Made by a program: the position numbers and the translations under genes | Shown: in pieces, positions 46,296 to 57,500 of the stretch | Position numbering within the stretch: position 1 is the first letter of the stretch | Layout: every line of letters starts with the position of its first letter | Assembly: GCA_035480235.1 (NCBI GenBank) | Contig: DATIHX010000008.1 | Span: 26,845-90,844 of the forward strand | From: Candidatus Saccharimonadales bacterium | Lineage (GTDB): Bacteria > Patescibacteriota > UBA1384 > 2-12-FULL-50-11 | DNA length: 64,000 nucleotides | Direction: 5' to 3' | Notes under the pieces: generated by a model | Database searches by the model: none | The model's input: only the letters and a program-made list of their open reading frames with translations | Told to the model about the DNA's origin: nothing

Positions 46296-49216
46296 GAGGG
46301 GAAGGTAGCGCAAATTTGGCAACCGCGATCGGTGAGTAGGCGGGTGTGGGCAAATTTGTCGAGCATAAGAATATCTGCCCGTGCCTGCTCAATGGTCTTT
46401 TTCAGCGCTGCGATCTCTTCACGAGAAACTGTAAAAACTTCGCGACGGAACGTTTGCTTATCGTCGACAAACTGGACAACGTATTCCTTAACGGTGAAGC
46501 GGAACTGCGGATCGAGTTCGGCGAGCAGGGCATAGAAAACCAACTGCTGCTTAATTTCGCCATCGCTGTTTTGGGTCGTACCTTCGATCTCGTTACGAGT
46601 TTTAGCTTCGCCCGTTTTGTAATCGATCAGGCGAACCGTTCGGGCTTTCGGATCGATCGGTTCGATGCGGTCGAGCTTACCGGTGAGCGGAATGTCGCCG
46701 AGCATAACGTGGTGCGACGAGAAACTATACTCTACAGCCTCCGGCTTCGGGGCAGTTGTAAGGACTTGATCGTAAAAGGCCGCCAAAACGGCCCGGCCTT
46801 TTTCCAGCGCTTGCTGGCGACTGCCGGCATGAATTAGCCGACGCACAGCAGCGGCGAAGAAAGTAAGAAGTTGGCTTTTAGTGGGTAGCGCCTTGATGCC
46901 TTTTTGAAGACGGCCAAACTCTTCAAGGGCAGCGTGAACGGCGGTGCCGTATTCTTGAGCCGGTGATGGGGGAGTGGGTAAACGCAAAACCGAGGAGAGT
47001 AAGAACTGCCTTGGGCAGACTTGGTAGGCGTGAAGTGAACTGGCGGAAAAGGCCATTTCTCGAACACGTTGCCGAATGTAACTTAATTCGGCCGCGGCGA
47101 GCGGTGCAGCAATCGGTTGGCTGAGAGAATTTTCTAAAACCGTTTTAACCTTACTTTCCGTCGGCACTATTTCCCGAACGATGATAGTATCGCCGCACTC
47201 ACGGGCAAATAGGCAAGGCAAATTGGGCTGCCCGCCACTACCAGTCTTGGCGTAGGTCAGATAGAGCTGGTTTTTTGCCCTCGTCATGCCGACGTAAAAA
47301 AGCCGTCGCTGATCGTCTTCGTCGTCGGTCGGTATGGTTTTTAAGCCGGTTAGGCTCGGCAAAGCGATAGGGTTGCGATCGGGTCGGGGCTTGTATGAGG
47401 CTTCGTCAACGTCAACTAGGAAGACCACCTCGAATTCCAAACCCTTGGCTTTATGAAGGGTAGAAAGATGAACTCCAGCGGCACTGGTGGCTAACGTGTC
47501 AGCTTCGGCGCCTAGGCCTTGTTCGATCATCGTCTCGACCGAGCGAACAAAATCGGCTGGACCCGCCGTGGGTTTAGCCTTGGCAAAACTATCAGCCAGA
47601 GCCACAAAAGTTCGGAGAAGCTCTAGGTGGTTAATCTCGTCGACCGGCGAAAGCTGTTCAGTCAGCCGCGACTCTTTAATCAGCTCCAGCAGTAAGTCGA
47701 CTAACCCGCTGAGCTGGTATTTCTTGTGGTAACTGGTAATTATTTCCGCGACTTTTTTCGTGGCTTTATTAGCGCTCAGCGCTTCGATTAGCGGCGTCTG
47801 TTCACGCTGAGCTTGGTGCTGAATAGTCAGAAGGGCCACGAGCTGATCGCGACCCAAAAGCAGACGAGCTAAGGCGTAGGTAGCCTGGGTATTATTGGGA
47901 TTGATGACCGCTCGGAGCGCTTGGAGAAGAGCCTGAACAATCGGTTCGGTAACAATATTTTTGGCCGACAAAGTGGCTAGCGGCAAACCACAGCTTTCGG
48001 CAAAGCGCCGGAAGGCTTCAACGGTGACGTTAGTCCGGGCCAGAACAGCCATTTCCGACCACTCGGTGCCAGCGGCATGGGCTTTTTTTAGCTCGTCAAC
48101 GATAAACTGCCACTGAAGAACAGGCGAGGCAAACGCCACCAGTTGAGGCTGTGAGCCAGACTTCTTAACAGCGCTCAGTTCCGGCTGAAAATCTTTCAAA
48201 AACTGGCCGATCTGGACTTGGTTATGATTAATAACCGCCGTCGCCGCGCTCAATATTTCCGGCGTGCTCCGATAGTTCTTTTTGAGCTCGATCATTTTAA
48301 GCGATGGGTATTTTTTAGCGAAGTGAAGCAGGTTCGCCACCGAAGCGCCTTGAAAACGGTAGATTGCTTGTTTGTCGTCGCCGACAACAAAAAGGTTGGG
48401 GTTGGGAAAAAAGTCGGCCAAAAGTTCGACGAGACGGTTCTGGGCGTTATTAGTGTCTTGGTATTCGTCAACCAATAGATACTGGTACTTTTCTTGGAAA
48501 AAGGCCCGAACTTCGGCGTTAGTTTCCAAAGCCTTACCAACGAAAAGAATCGTATCTTCGAAATCGTAGCCGCCCGTTTCCGCGAGCTTGGCTTGGTAGG
48601 CGTCAAAAAAGTCGGCGAATTCAGCCAAACGTTTAACCTGGTTTTGCCGCTGATCGCGTTTGACTTTATTTTTTTCTGTGGCGGCAGCGGCCTGTTCAGT
48701 TTTAACAAACTTTCGCAGTGCGTCGCTCGTCACCGCTTCTTGCTTACAGACTTTTAAGCGGCTACTAATGTCTTTAATAAACCGTCCCGGCGCGCGGAGC
48801 GGCCGAAGCAACTGCCACTGAGGGTGAGCGTCGAGTAACTCTTGAATGAGGGTGAAGCGACTAATCTCGGTGAGTTGAGTTAATTCGCGGGTTTGTTGGA
48901 AAACGTGCGGAAAGGAACCGATTATTTCACCAGCAAAACCGTGGAAAGTTTGAATAGCGACCCGGTAACCTTCCGCACCGATCAGGTCGATGAGGCGCTG
49001 ACGCATTTCGGTAGCGCCAGCTTCGGTGAAAGTTAGGGCCAAGATATTACTCGGGTTAACTTGGGTTTTTTGGAGAATCTCACCGATCCGCGTGGCAACC
49101 ACCTGGGTTTTACCAGTACCGGGCCCCGCCAAGACCATGACTGGACCCTCGATGGTTTCCACTGCCTGGCGCTGTTCGGGGTTGAGCCGTTTTTTGAGCT
49201 GGGAAAAAGTTGACAT
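46289..49216 (-). CDS. UvrD/PcrA-type SF1 helicase fused to a C-terminal PD-(D/E)XK (RecB/AddA-like) nuclease domain.
   Basis: N-terminal LNPEQRQAV...AGPGTGKTQ and helicase motifs. C-terminal D...D-YK block plus a Cys cluster. I chose the start at ATG 49216. Confidence 0.85.
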   Translation of the reverse strand: MSTFSQLKKRLNPEQRQAVETIEGPVMVLAGPGTGKTQVVATRIGEILQKTQVNPSNILALTFTEAGATEMRQRLIDLIGAEGYRVAIQTFHGFAGEIIGSFPHVFQQTRELTQLTEISRFTLIQELLDAHPQWQLLRPLRAPGRFIKDISSRLKVCKQEAVTSDALRKFVKTEQAAAATEKNKVKRDQRQNQVKRLAEFADFFDAYQAKLAETGGYDFEDTILFVGKALETNAEVRAFFQEKYQYLLVDEYQDTNNAQNRLVELLADFFPNPNLFVVGDDKQAIYRFQGASVANLLHFAKKYPSLKMIELKKNYRSTPEILSAATAVINHNQVQIGQFLKDFQPELSAVKKSGSQPQLVAFASPVLQWQFIVDELKKAHAAGTEWSEMAVLARTNVTVEAFRRFAESCGLPLATLSAKNIVTEPIVQALLQALRAVINPNNTQATYALARLLLGRDQLVALLTIQHQAQREQTPLIEALSANKATKKVAEIITSYHKKYQLSGLVDLLLELIKESRLTEQLSPVDEINHLELLRTFVALADSFAKAKPTAGPADFVRSVETMIEQGLGAEADTLATSAAGVHLSTLHKAKGLEFEVVFLVDVDEASYKPRPDRNPIALPSLTGLKTIPTDDEDDQRRLFYVGMTRAKNQLYLTYAKTGSGGQPNLPCLFARECGDTIIVREIVPTESKVKTVLENSLSQPIAAPLAAAELSYIRQRVREMAFSASSLHAYQVCPRQFLLSSVLRLPTPPSPAQEYGTAVHAALEEFGRLQKGIKALPTKSQLLTFFAAAVRRLIHAGSRQQALEKGRAVLAAFYDQVLTTAPKPEAVEYSFSSHHVMLGDIPLTGKLDRIEPIDPKARTVRLIDYKTGEAKTRNEIEGTTQNSDGEIKQQLVFYALLAELDPQFRFTVKEYVVQFVDDKQTFRREVFTVSREEIAALKKTIEQARADILMLDKFAHTRLLTDRGCQICATFPSL

Positions 49217-49224
49217 GAAACTAT

Positions 49225-49376
49225 TGACATTCTTTCGGAAACGTGATATATTAGCAACACATTGCCTCAGTGGAATTCTGTGGCCTTGTCCGGCACTAGA
49301 CTCTGGCATAGGTCGCCGACACAAGAAGGAGATGCCAAACCAACCCCGAACGATCGTGTTCGGGGTTCTCTTTATT
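49225..49376 (+). ncRNA. Promoter (TTGACA-17-TATATT, 49225-49253) to intrinsic terminator (CCCCGAAC-gatcgt-GTTCGGGG + U-run, 49344-49376): candidate sRNA of about 115 nt, or a very short peptide gene.
   Basis: Hexamers and hairpin read directly. Its only ORF is a 25-aa hydrophobic peptide with an AAGGAG RBS. Confidence 0.35.
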
Positions 49377-49439
49377 CTATTTCCCCTAACGCTTCGACGG
49401 TAGCGTTACCATCGAAGAGATTTTCTTTACTTCCCAGGC

Positions 49440-49620
49440 TTGACAAGAGCCTAGTATTGTGGTAGGATTTTAGTAACAAGTGTCAATCGTGGGTGAACCT
49501 GACCCGGTTAGCGATTTGGCGACTTGCCAGCAGTTGTCCGGTGTAAACCGTAGAGCCATTGTGAGTTCTTGACAGCTGCGCCACCTTGCCAGACCCCGCA
49601 CCCGCGGGGTCAACTTTTTT
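49440..49620 (+). ncRNA. Second promoter (TTGACA-17-TAGGAT) to terminator (GACCCCGC-accc-GCGGGGTC + TTTTTT, 49592-49620) unit: candidate sRNA of about 150 nt immediately upstream of the rluA-family gene.
   Basis: Seen directly. No ORF. It shares a UUGUCCGG motif with the preceding unit. Confidence 0.35.
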
Positions 49621-49636
49621 AGATATACTTAGGGCG

Positions 49637-50362
49637 ATGACCGAACCAACGATTCTTGCCGAAACGGACGATTATTTTGTGCTTAACAAACCGGCGGGGT
49701 ATTCGGTGGAAACACTAGCCAACACACATTCGCTTGTTGATTGGTTGCAGACACAATATGTGTTCAAACACATACAGCAGTCTGGTCTGGAACGCGGGGG
49801 GGTAGTGCATCGGTTGGACGTGGAGACCAGTGGAGCAGTGATTTGGGCCAAGACGGCGGCGGCGCAACACGAACTCAAAACATTGTGGCAGGGGAGACAA
49901 GTGGAGAAAACATATTTGGCGCTGGTGATTGGCGAAACTGAAAGTAGCGGCACGATTGATTTAAATATCGAACGCGACAACAAAAACGACCGCCAAAAAG
50001 TGGCGATGTTAATGACGGAGAAGTCCCGGCCGGCGATCACGACGTATAAGCGCTTAGCGATAGGCACCTCGACTTCACTCGGGGTAAAGGGGCTGGGCGA
50101 GAAAAAAATAAGCTTACTAGAAGTTCACCCAATTACTGGCCGAACGCACCAAATCCGTGTGCATTTGAAAGCGATCGGCCACCCAATTATCGGCGATAAA
50201 CTCTACGGCGAAAAGGGGACTGACGAGCTGGCCAAAAGCCTAGACCTCAGTCGACAGTTTTTGCACGCCTGGAAGATTAAAATTCAAGACCAGAGCTTTA
50301 CGGCACCCCTAACCGACGAGCTAGAGGCGGTTTTGGAAAAAGTTGGCCTTTCGGTTGGTTGA
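49637..50362 (+). CDS. RluA-family pseudouridine synthase.
   Basis: HRLDVETSGAVIWAKT catalytic block. Confidence 0.85.
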   Translation: MTEPTILAETDDYFVLNKPAGYSVETLANTHSLVDWLQTQYVFKHIQQSGLERGGVVHRLDVETSGAVIWAKTAAAQHELKTLWQGRQVEKTYLALVIGETESSGTIDLNIERDNKNDRQKVAMLMTEKSRPAITTYKRLAIGTSTSLGVKGLGEKKISLLEVHPITGRTHQIRVHLKAIGHPIIGDKLYGEKGTDELAKSLDLSRQFLHAWKIKIQDQSFTAPLTDELEAVLEKVGLSVG

Positions 50363-50393
50363 ACTCGGCTACTTTCTCTGTTAACTTTACCTA

Positions 50394-51446
50394 ATGCGTC
50401 AGGTAGTAATTATGGCCGGGGGGAGCGGAACGCGGCTGTGGCCGATCAGCCGACAAGCAACACCTAAACAGTTTCAGAAACTAATTGGCGACCAAACATT
50501 ATTACAACAAACCTTCGGCCGAGCCGCTCAATTATTACCGACTGAACAAATCTGGGTGATGACTGGCGAGCAGTACGCCACGACGGTCGCCGAACAGTTG
50601 CCAGAGCTGCCCAAGAAAAACATCATTACCGAACCAGCGGCGCGCAACACCGCGGCGGCTAGCGGCTTGGCGACGCTGAAGATTACGGCGACCGACCCGG
50701 CAGCGTTGATCGCCATCTTACCGAGCGACCATTACATTGGGCGGGAAAAAGTTTTTATTAAAGCCCTCGACCAAGCTTTCAAGTTTGTGGAAACCCATAG
50801 CCAAACGATCGTGACAATCGGCATCCACCCAAGCACACCAAACACTGGCTACGGCTACATCGAAGTGGGGGACAGGCTCACCAACGGCAGCAAAACAATT
50901 AATAAAGTGGTTTCGTTCCACGAAAAACCCGATTTAGCGACCGCCGAAAAATATTTGGAAAACGGCCAATTTTTATGGAACGGCGGCTACTTTATTTTCA
51001 GCGCTCAAACAATGATAACGGCGTTTGAGGATCAGGCTACTGATATTTTGAGAAAGCTGGAAAGCTACATTGCCACGCCATCTAAAGAAGTATACGAAGC
51101 GATCCCCAAAGAACCGATCGATAAAGCCATCATGGAGAAGCTAACCGACTTAGCGGTGATTCCGGCCGAGATGGGCTGGAGCGACATCGGCGACTGGGCG
51201 GCTTTGCACGAGATACTCGCGGCCGAAAATAAAAATAGCGCCGTGGCAGTAGGGGAGCACATCGGCTCGAATACCGAGAATTCGCTGGTCATTGGCGGCA
51301 ATAAATTGATCGTGACTGTTGGCGTCAAAGATATTGTAGTGATCGATACTGACGACGTGATTTTAATTTGCGACAAAAATAGCGCCCAAGACGTGAAGAA
51401 GATTGTGGAGGCGCTCCAAGCCAAAGGTGACAATAGCCACCTTTAA
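50394..51446 (+). CDS. manC: Mannose-1-phosphate guanylyltransferase (nucleotidyltransferase plus cupin-like C-terminus).
   Basis: VIMAGGSGTRLWP N-terminus. Confidence 0.85.
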   Translation: MRQVVIMAGGSGTRLWPISRQATPKQFQKLIGDQTLLQQTFGRAAQLLPTEQIWVMTGEQYATTVAEQLPELPKKNIITEPAARNTAAASGLATLKITATDPAALIAILPSDHYIGREKVFIKALDQAFKFVETHSQTIVTIGIHPSTPNTGYGYIEVGDRLTNGSKTINKVVSFHEKPDLATAEKYLENGQFLWNGGYFIFSAQTMITAFEDQATDILRKLESYIATPSKEVYEAIPKEPIDKAIMEKLTDLAVIPAEMGWSDIGDWAALHEILAAENKNSAVAVGEHIGSNTENSLVIGGNKLIVTVGVKDIVVIDTDDVILICDKNSAQDVKKIVEALQAKGDNSHL

Positions 51447-51464
51447 AGTTAAGATGGGCCAGTA

Positions 51465-52724
51465 ATGCGACGGAATTTCTGGATCGGTTTAGTGTTAATT
51501 TTAGCCTTGATCGGCTTGGCTGGTTACATTAGTTGGCCAACAACCACCAAGTTTTTAAACCACTCGGTGTCCGTCCGCCAGGGGCTCGACTTGCAGGGCG
51601 GCGTGCGGTTAGTGTATCAACTAGATTTAAGTAAAACTGCCAAAAGCGATGTGGCTAACGCCATCCAATCGACGGTGCAGGTTATGGAACGCCGGGTGAA
51701 CGCCACTGGCGCCAGCGAGCCAGTGATCACCCCTGGCAAAACCTTAAAGGGCGAAAATATTATAACGGTGGAGCTACCGGGCATTAAAGACGTGCAAAGC
51801 GCCATCGATCTAATCGGTAAAACGGCCCAATTGGATTTCCGGGAAGAAGATTCGAAAGATTCCAGTAAATTTATACCCACCGGTTTGAGCGGTAAACAGC
51901 TTTCGAAAGCGACGGTGACGTTTGATCAAAATACTAATGTGCCGCAGATTAGTTTGCAATTCAACGCCGACGGCAGCCGACTCTTTGGCGACATCACCAC
52001 CCGTAACGTCAACAAGCCGATCGGGATTTTCTTGGACAATCAGGAGCTTTCGGCGCCAAACGTCAGCGAGCCAATAACCAGCGGCCAAGCGGTGATTACC
52101 GGCCGATTTACCATCGCCCAAGTGCGGCAGTTAACCACGCTCTTGAACGCCGGCGCCCTGGACGTGCCGCTCAAACAAACCTCGCAACAAACCGTCGGCG
52201 CAACGCTCGGCGCCGATTCAGTGAAAAAGAGCTTAGTCGCTGGCGTCATCGGCTTGAGCTTGGTAATGCTGTTTATGATTTTCAATTACCGGCTGGCTGG
52301 CTTCGTCGCTGTATTGGCGTTAGTAGGTTACACACTTATTACGTTCGCGCTGTTTAAGTGGATTCCCGTAACGCTAACGCTAGCTGGCATTGCTGGGTTT
52401 ATTTTGAGTATCGGTATGGCGGTGGACGCTAACATCTTAATTTTCGAACGGATGCGCGAGGAGTTGCGGCAGGGGAGGGAGCTGAAAATCGCGATGGAAG
52501 AGGGCTTTCGCCGGGCCTGGCCGAGCGTCCGCGACTCGAACGCCTCGACCCTCATTACCTCCGGAATTTTGTATGCTACCACGACGGGATTAGTGCGAGG
52601 CTTTGCACTGACCTTGGCGATTGGCGTATTGGTTTCACTCTTCAGCTCAATTACCTTAAGCCGGACCTTTTTGCGGTTGTTTAGCAGGGGAGTAGTGTTT
52701 CAAAAATGGCTAGCAAAAGTTTAA
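51465..52724 (+). CDS. secD: Protein translocase subunit SecD.
   Basis: Periplasmic domain followed by the 6-TM RND-like block. Confidence 0.92.
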   Translation: MRRNFWIGLVLILALIGLAGYISWPTTTKFLNHSVSVRQGLDLQGGVRLVYQLDLSKTAKSDVANAIQSTVQVMERRVNATGASEPVITPGKTLKGENIITVELPGIKDVQSAIDLIGKTAQLDFREEDSKDSSKFIPTGLSGKQLSKATVTFDQNTNVPQISLQFNADGSRLFGDITTRNVNKPIGIFLDNQELSAPNVSEPITSGQAVITGRFTIAQVRQLTTLLNAGALDVPLKQTSQQTVGATLGADSVKKSLVAGVIGLSLVMLFMIFNYRLAGFVAVLALVGYTLITFALFKWIPVTLTLAGIAGFILSIGMAVDANILIFERMREELRQGRELKIAMEEGFRRAWPSVRDSNASTLITSGILYATTTGLVRGFALTLAIGVLVSLFSSITLSRTFLRLFSRGVVFQKWLAKV

Positions 52725-52947
52725 TAATGAGTTTGGCCAAAGGAATAATTCCTTCTCGAACCGCCCTCTCCGGCCCAGCGGCCTCCGGGGCTTCACACTC
52801 AGCGATTTTTCCTCGAGTACTCGGAACCATGCAAAATCGCCTCCGTACGTTCTTCGAAGAAATTATTCCATCGGCCTTCACATTAATTGTTAATGGAGAA
52901 AATATTTTTCATACTAAGCTACCTGCATTTTTTGAAAGGGGAGGGAG

Positions 52948-53862
52948 ATGAGATTTTTGGGGAGAAAGAAATTCTGGTGGTTGGCGATTTCAGCCTTAAT
53001 TATGATTCCCGGCATTATCTCGTTATTTGTGTACAAGTTGCCGCTGGGGATTGATTTCAAAGGGGGAGCGCTGCTGCAAATTCAGTTTAGCAAACCTGTT
53101 AGTGAAGACGCGTTGAGAGGGGAGTTAGCTAAAATTCAAGAAGCTAAGGGGGCAACCGTCTCGAACGCCGGGAAGAGCAACGAATTTTTTGTCAAAACTT
53201 TGCCGATTAGCGAAGCTGACCATCGAAAAATTACTGATTCGCTGAAAAAAGATTTCGGCAATTTGAACGAAGAAGCGTTTCAATCTGTTGGCCCGAGCGT
53301 CTCGGCTGAACTCGCCCGTAAAGCAATTATCGCTCTGGTGGCGGCTTCGCTTGCGATTATCCTCTACCTCGCCTACGCTTTCCGGCAGGTGGCGAAGCCC
53401 GTTTCTTCCTGGACGTTTGGCACCGTCGCCGTGGCGGCCTTGATTCACGACTTGGTAATTTCGGTCGGGGTTTTCTCGATCGTCGCCCATTTCTTGCACT
53501 ACGAAGTCGACTCGAGTTTTATTACGGCTTTGCTGACGATTATGGGCTTTTCGGTGCACGACACAATCGTCGTCTTTGACCGGATTCGGGAAAACTTACT
53601 AAAGAACCGGGTCAACAGTGCCGAGGAATTTGAAGCGCTTGCCGACCAGTCGTTAAGTGAAACGCTAAACCGATCGTTATCAACAAGTTTAACGGTAATT
53701 GTGACGCTGACCGCGCTAGTGGTACTGGGTGGTGAAAGCATCCGGCCGTTTGTGACCACATTATTAATCGGCATTACCATCGGCACCTACTCATCGATTT
53801 TCACGGCCACGCCGCTCTTAGCATTGTGGCAAACGCGGCTTTTTAGACGGAACCGCTCGTAA
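52948..53862 (+). CDS. secF: Protein translocase subunit SecF.
   Basis: LGIDFKGGALLQIQF N-terminal block. Confidence 0.92.
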   Translation: MRFLGRKKFWWLAISALIMIPGIISLFVYKLPLGIDFKGGALLQIQFSKPVSEDALRGELAKIQEAKGATVSNAGKSNEFFVKTLPISEADHRKITDSLKKDFGNLNEEAFQSVGPSVSAELARKAIIALVAASLAIILYLAYAFRQVAKPVSSWTFGTVAVAALIHDLVISVGVFSIVAHFLHYEVDSSFITALLTIMGFSVHDTIVVFDRIRENLLKNRVNSAEEFEALADQSLSETLNRSLSTSLTVIVTLTALVVLGGESIRPFVTTLLIGITIGTYSSIFTATPLLALWQTRLFRRNRS

Positions 53863-53966
53863 GTTTTGGCTGTTAGACGAACAAGTAATCGTCTAATTTA
53901 TAAAACATGCTTAGAACGAAATTTTGACCGTAAAGTATGTTTTTCTTGGTTCAGAGCATATGTTTT

Positions 53967-53991
53967 GCCCGGCCGTAAGACCGGGCATTTT
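53967..53991 (+). terminator. Intrinsic terminator GCCCGG-ccgtaaga-CCGGGC + ATTTT downstream of secF.
   Basis: Seen directly. Confidence 0.55.
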
Positions 53992-54254
53992 CAGTAATCT
54001 TTTCGCATTCTCCGAAGCCTCCCGTAGTCAATGCAAACTTCCTTGATTTCCAGGCTCCAAAGCCACAAGGGCTTGAGTGAGTACAAGAAGATTCCAGCGC
54101 AGAGTAGACCCCAGATAAAAGGGTCTCCGTAGCCGCCGCGACGAATCTGCATCCAGCCAGTTGGAACGAGAACCCAAGCAAAAAGCCCTGAGCCGAAAAC
54201 TACTAATAAGACCACAAAACCGAAGAAGAACAGATAGGCGACTCGATAGAACAT
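53991..54254 (-). CDS. Small 2-TM membrane protein.
   Basis: GGAGG RBS 7 nt upstream, and a hydrophobic N-terminus. Confidence 0.45.
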   Translation of the reverse strand: MFYRVAYLFFFGFVVLLVVFGSGLFAWVLVPTGWMQIRRGGYGDPFIWGLLCAGIFLYSLKPLWLWSLEIKEVCIDYGRLRRMRKDY

Positions 54255-54545
54255 AGAACCTCCAATGGACTTGCTTTAGTTTAGCTGATCAACGAAAAGA
54301 ATCAAGAATAAAGCATCAAGCTATGTCCGGCAATGTATCTTGTGCGACGTAATAAAAATAATCAGGGCATTTAAGGGTAATTAGGCCTCGGCCTCCCTCA
54401 GGCCTCAAAGAGCGTGAAATAGCAGTGGAGCACTACCGTCTTAGCCCCGGCTCCCGGGTGTAATCACCAACAATTTGCAAAAATTTATGCACTCCCCCAC
54501 AACCGGCGGGGGAGGGGCGTCAAAAGAAAAAATAATAAGGGTAAA

Positions 54546-57500
54546 TTACAGCTCGTCGATCGGCTGAAAATCGTCAATTGGCGCTTTGGCGTCAACGGTT
54601 GTATTTGGCAGTTTTAAGCCGAGTTCGTCGGCCTTGTCCCAGGTAATTAGGTGCCCATTTTCGTCACTCGTCTCGCCTACTCCCCCACTCTGAACAGGTT
54701 GTGGTTCAGTGTTTTGATTCTCTTGGACAGTTGTTTCAACTTTCGGCTCCTCAACTTCAACCGAATTTGGCCCTGCTAGCGTTCCCCCGCCTGATAACTC
54801 CCCTGCTTCCGTTGGCGAGCTAACGGAGTACCATTTCCGATTAAAGCGATCGGAAAGCATCTCCAGTTTTCGGCCGGTCAGCGGTTCTTTTGGTTTTTCA
54901 CTCACTACTCCCCTATCCGCCGGCTGATTGGCCGGTTGATCGTCGGAGCGCTCTTCGACCGGTACTCCCCTATCGTCAAGGTTTTTTGGGGCCGACGCTG
55001 GCTCACTTTCCGCTTGTTCAACCGGTTGGTGCTCTAGTACTAGAGCACCGTTCGCTGGCACTTCCGATTCAGAAATTACCGGTGCCGTTGGCAAGACCGG
55101 AGTTGGCTTCGGGGTGACGATCCGCTCCCAATCTTGTTTGAGGCTTTTGGTTTTTTTATCTTCGTCGAGCGACAAGTTAACCGGTACCGACCAGTCGGTG
55201 ATGTAATCTTCCACGTCGGCGCGGGCAGTGGCGTACTGCTCTCGACTTCGTTCGATCACTAAATCTTTCAGCCGAGCTTTTTCTTCCGGCGGCGGTAAAG
55301 TAGCTGCTGAAAAAGCCGGTACCGTCACCCCATCGATCGCCATTTTCAAATAAATTTGGCGGTTCGGTAGATTAACTAAATCGTTGACGTCGAAAACCGG
55401 CTGGAACTCGTTTTTCATCGCTTCCGCGTCGCCCGAGCCCACCCGAAACGCGATCATCGTGCCGACGTTACCGAAGACGGCGTTGGCCACCGTTTCCGGC
55501 ATTTGGCTGATGTACTGGTTAATCATCACGAGATTGAGCCGATATTTGCGGGCTTCGGAAAGAATCGTCGCGAACGAATCGGTAGCGAAGTTTTGAAACT
55601 CGTCGACGTAGAGGTAGAAATCTCGGCGATCTTCTTCGGCCATATTGGTCCGGCTCATCGCCGCCAGTTGGATTTTGGTAATCAACATCGCGCCAAGTAA
55701 CGCCGAGTTGTCTTCGCCGATCTTACCGGTAGAAAGATCGGCTAGCAGGATTTTGCCGCCGTCCATGACTTGGCGAATGTCGAAAGCACTTTTCGGCTGG
55801 CCGACGATATTGCGGATAGTCGAGCTGGAGGTAAACTGGCCGACTTTATTTTGAATTGGGGCGATCGCTTCTTGGCGAAATTTTGGTTCGTATTTTTCGA
55901 ATTCGTTAATAAAGAAGTCTTTAACGACCGGGTCGTTAACGTTAGAAATAACTTGCCGGCGGTAAGCGTTATCGGTGAGGATTCGCATGACGCCGAGCAG
56001 GGTGGAATTGGGCGATTCTAAAAGAGCCAAAACCGAATTTCGTAAGATGTATTCCAGCCGCGGCCCCCAGCTCTCACCGAAGATTTTTTTGAAAATGCCG
56101 ACCACCCCAGATGCGACGACGTTGCGCATTTCCGGATCAACGTATTCCAGCACGTTAAAACCGATGGGGAAATGGTAATCGGCCGGCGAGAAATAAACAA
56201 CGTCGTTAACCCGTTCTTCGGGAATGAAATCTAAGATGTGGTCGATTAGTTCGCCGTGTGGATCCACCACCGCCACGCCGCGGCCTTCACGAATGTCGTC
56301 AAAAATCATGTTTTCCATCAGCGTCGATTTGCCGGTGCCGGTTTTGCCGATGATATAGCTGTGGAGGCGACGGTCTGGCTTTTTAATGCCGAATTTTTGT
56401 TCTTTGGCCCGGAAATTAACTTTCGCAAACACCGTTAACTCGTCAGCCGGGACGCTGCCGATTATCGGCAAATTAGCTGGCGGTTCGCCTTTTTTGCTGC
56501 CCGACCAAGCGATTTGTGGCGTCGCCACCGTTTGCGAAGGGAAATGGTAAATTGACGCCAGCTCGGTGATGTTGAAGAGCATGTCCGGCGCGCCAATCGC
56601 CCGGGCCTGGTACAAATCGATGGCGGCCGGGTCGTGAGAAATTTCTTTAGAAACGAAGGAATTAAGGTTAATACTATTGTATTGTTTGTAGGCGCCGATT
56701 AACTGCTCGAGTTTGGCGGTGGCAAAATTTGGGTCGCGGGCGATGGCCACCAGCCGAATCACCACTTCGAAACCGAGTTTAGTAATTTTTTCTTCGATCC
56801 CCTTGACCGCTTGCTGCTGCGAGCCGGTCAGCTCCTCTTTGTTATCTTTTTTCTCTTCTTTTTTCTCCGGCTCGGCGACTTTGCCGGTGAAAACCGCCCG
56901 GCCAAAATCCAGAACAAAAAGCAGTGATTTTTCACGAATTAACTCCGGCCAATGTTTGTGTTTCGGCGGTTTTTTGATGTTTTTTATCTCAGTTTCGCCT
57001 TGATCTTGCCAGTCGTCGTCAACCGGCCGGATGATGGTCTGAACCCAAAGCGACTCCCCTTCTCCGGCCGAACTTAATACGCCAGTGACGCCCGAGAGCG
57101 GATCAACTTCGAAATTTTGAAAAGTTTTAATTGGGTAGGTGCTCGGCCGCTTCAACGTTAGTTCGGTGGCGGCAACGGCGTTACCCTCGCTAAATTTGGC
57201 GTAATCTTCTTCGGCCGATAGTTCCTTGACATCAATGTTTGGGTACTGGGAGTAAATTTGGCTTAAAACAAAGTCTTTCAAGTCGGTGGGGACGTGAATA
57301 TAAAAAACGATATTTTGCTGGGTGTTAGCGATCTCAAAACTGATGCTCGGCTGGGCCTCGGCGTTAGTCCGAAAAATGCCGTGCAAGGCGGCAAAGAGCT
57401 GCTCGGCCGCTTGGGGAGTGCGCTCGTTATTGCGCGGCACGGCGATCGATAAAAGCTTGCTTTGGCCAGCCTCAACCGGCAACAACGGAACGTTTTGCTT

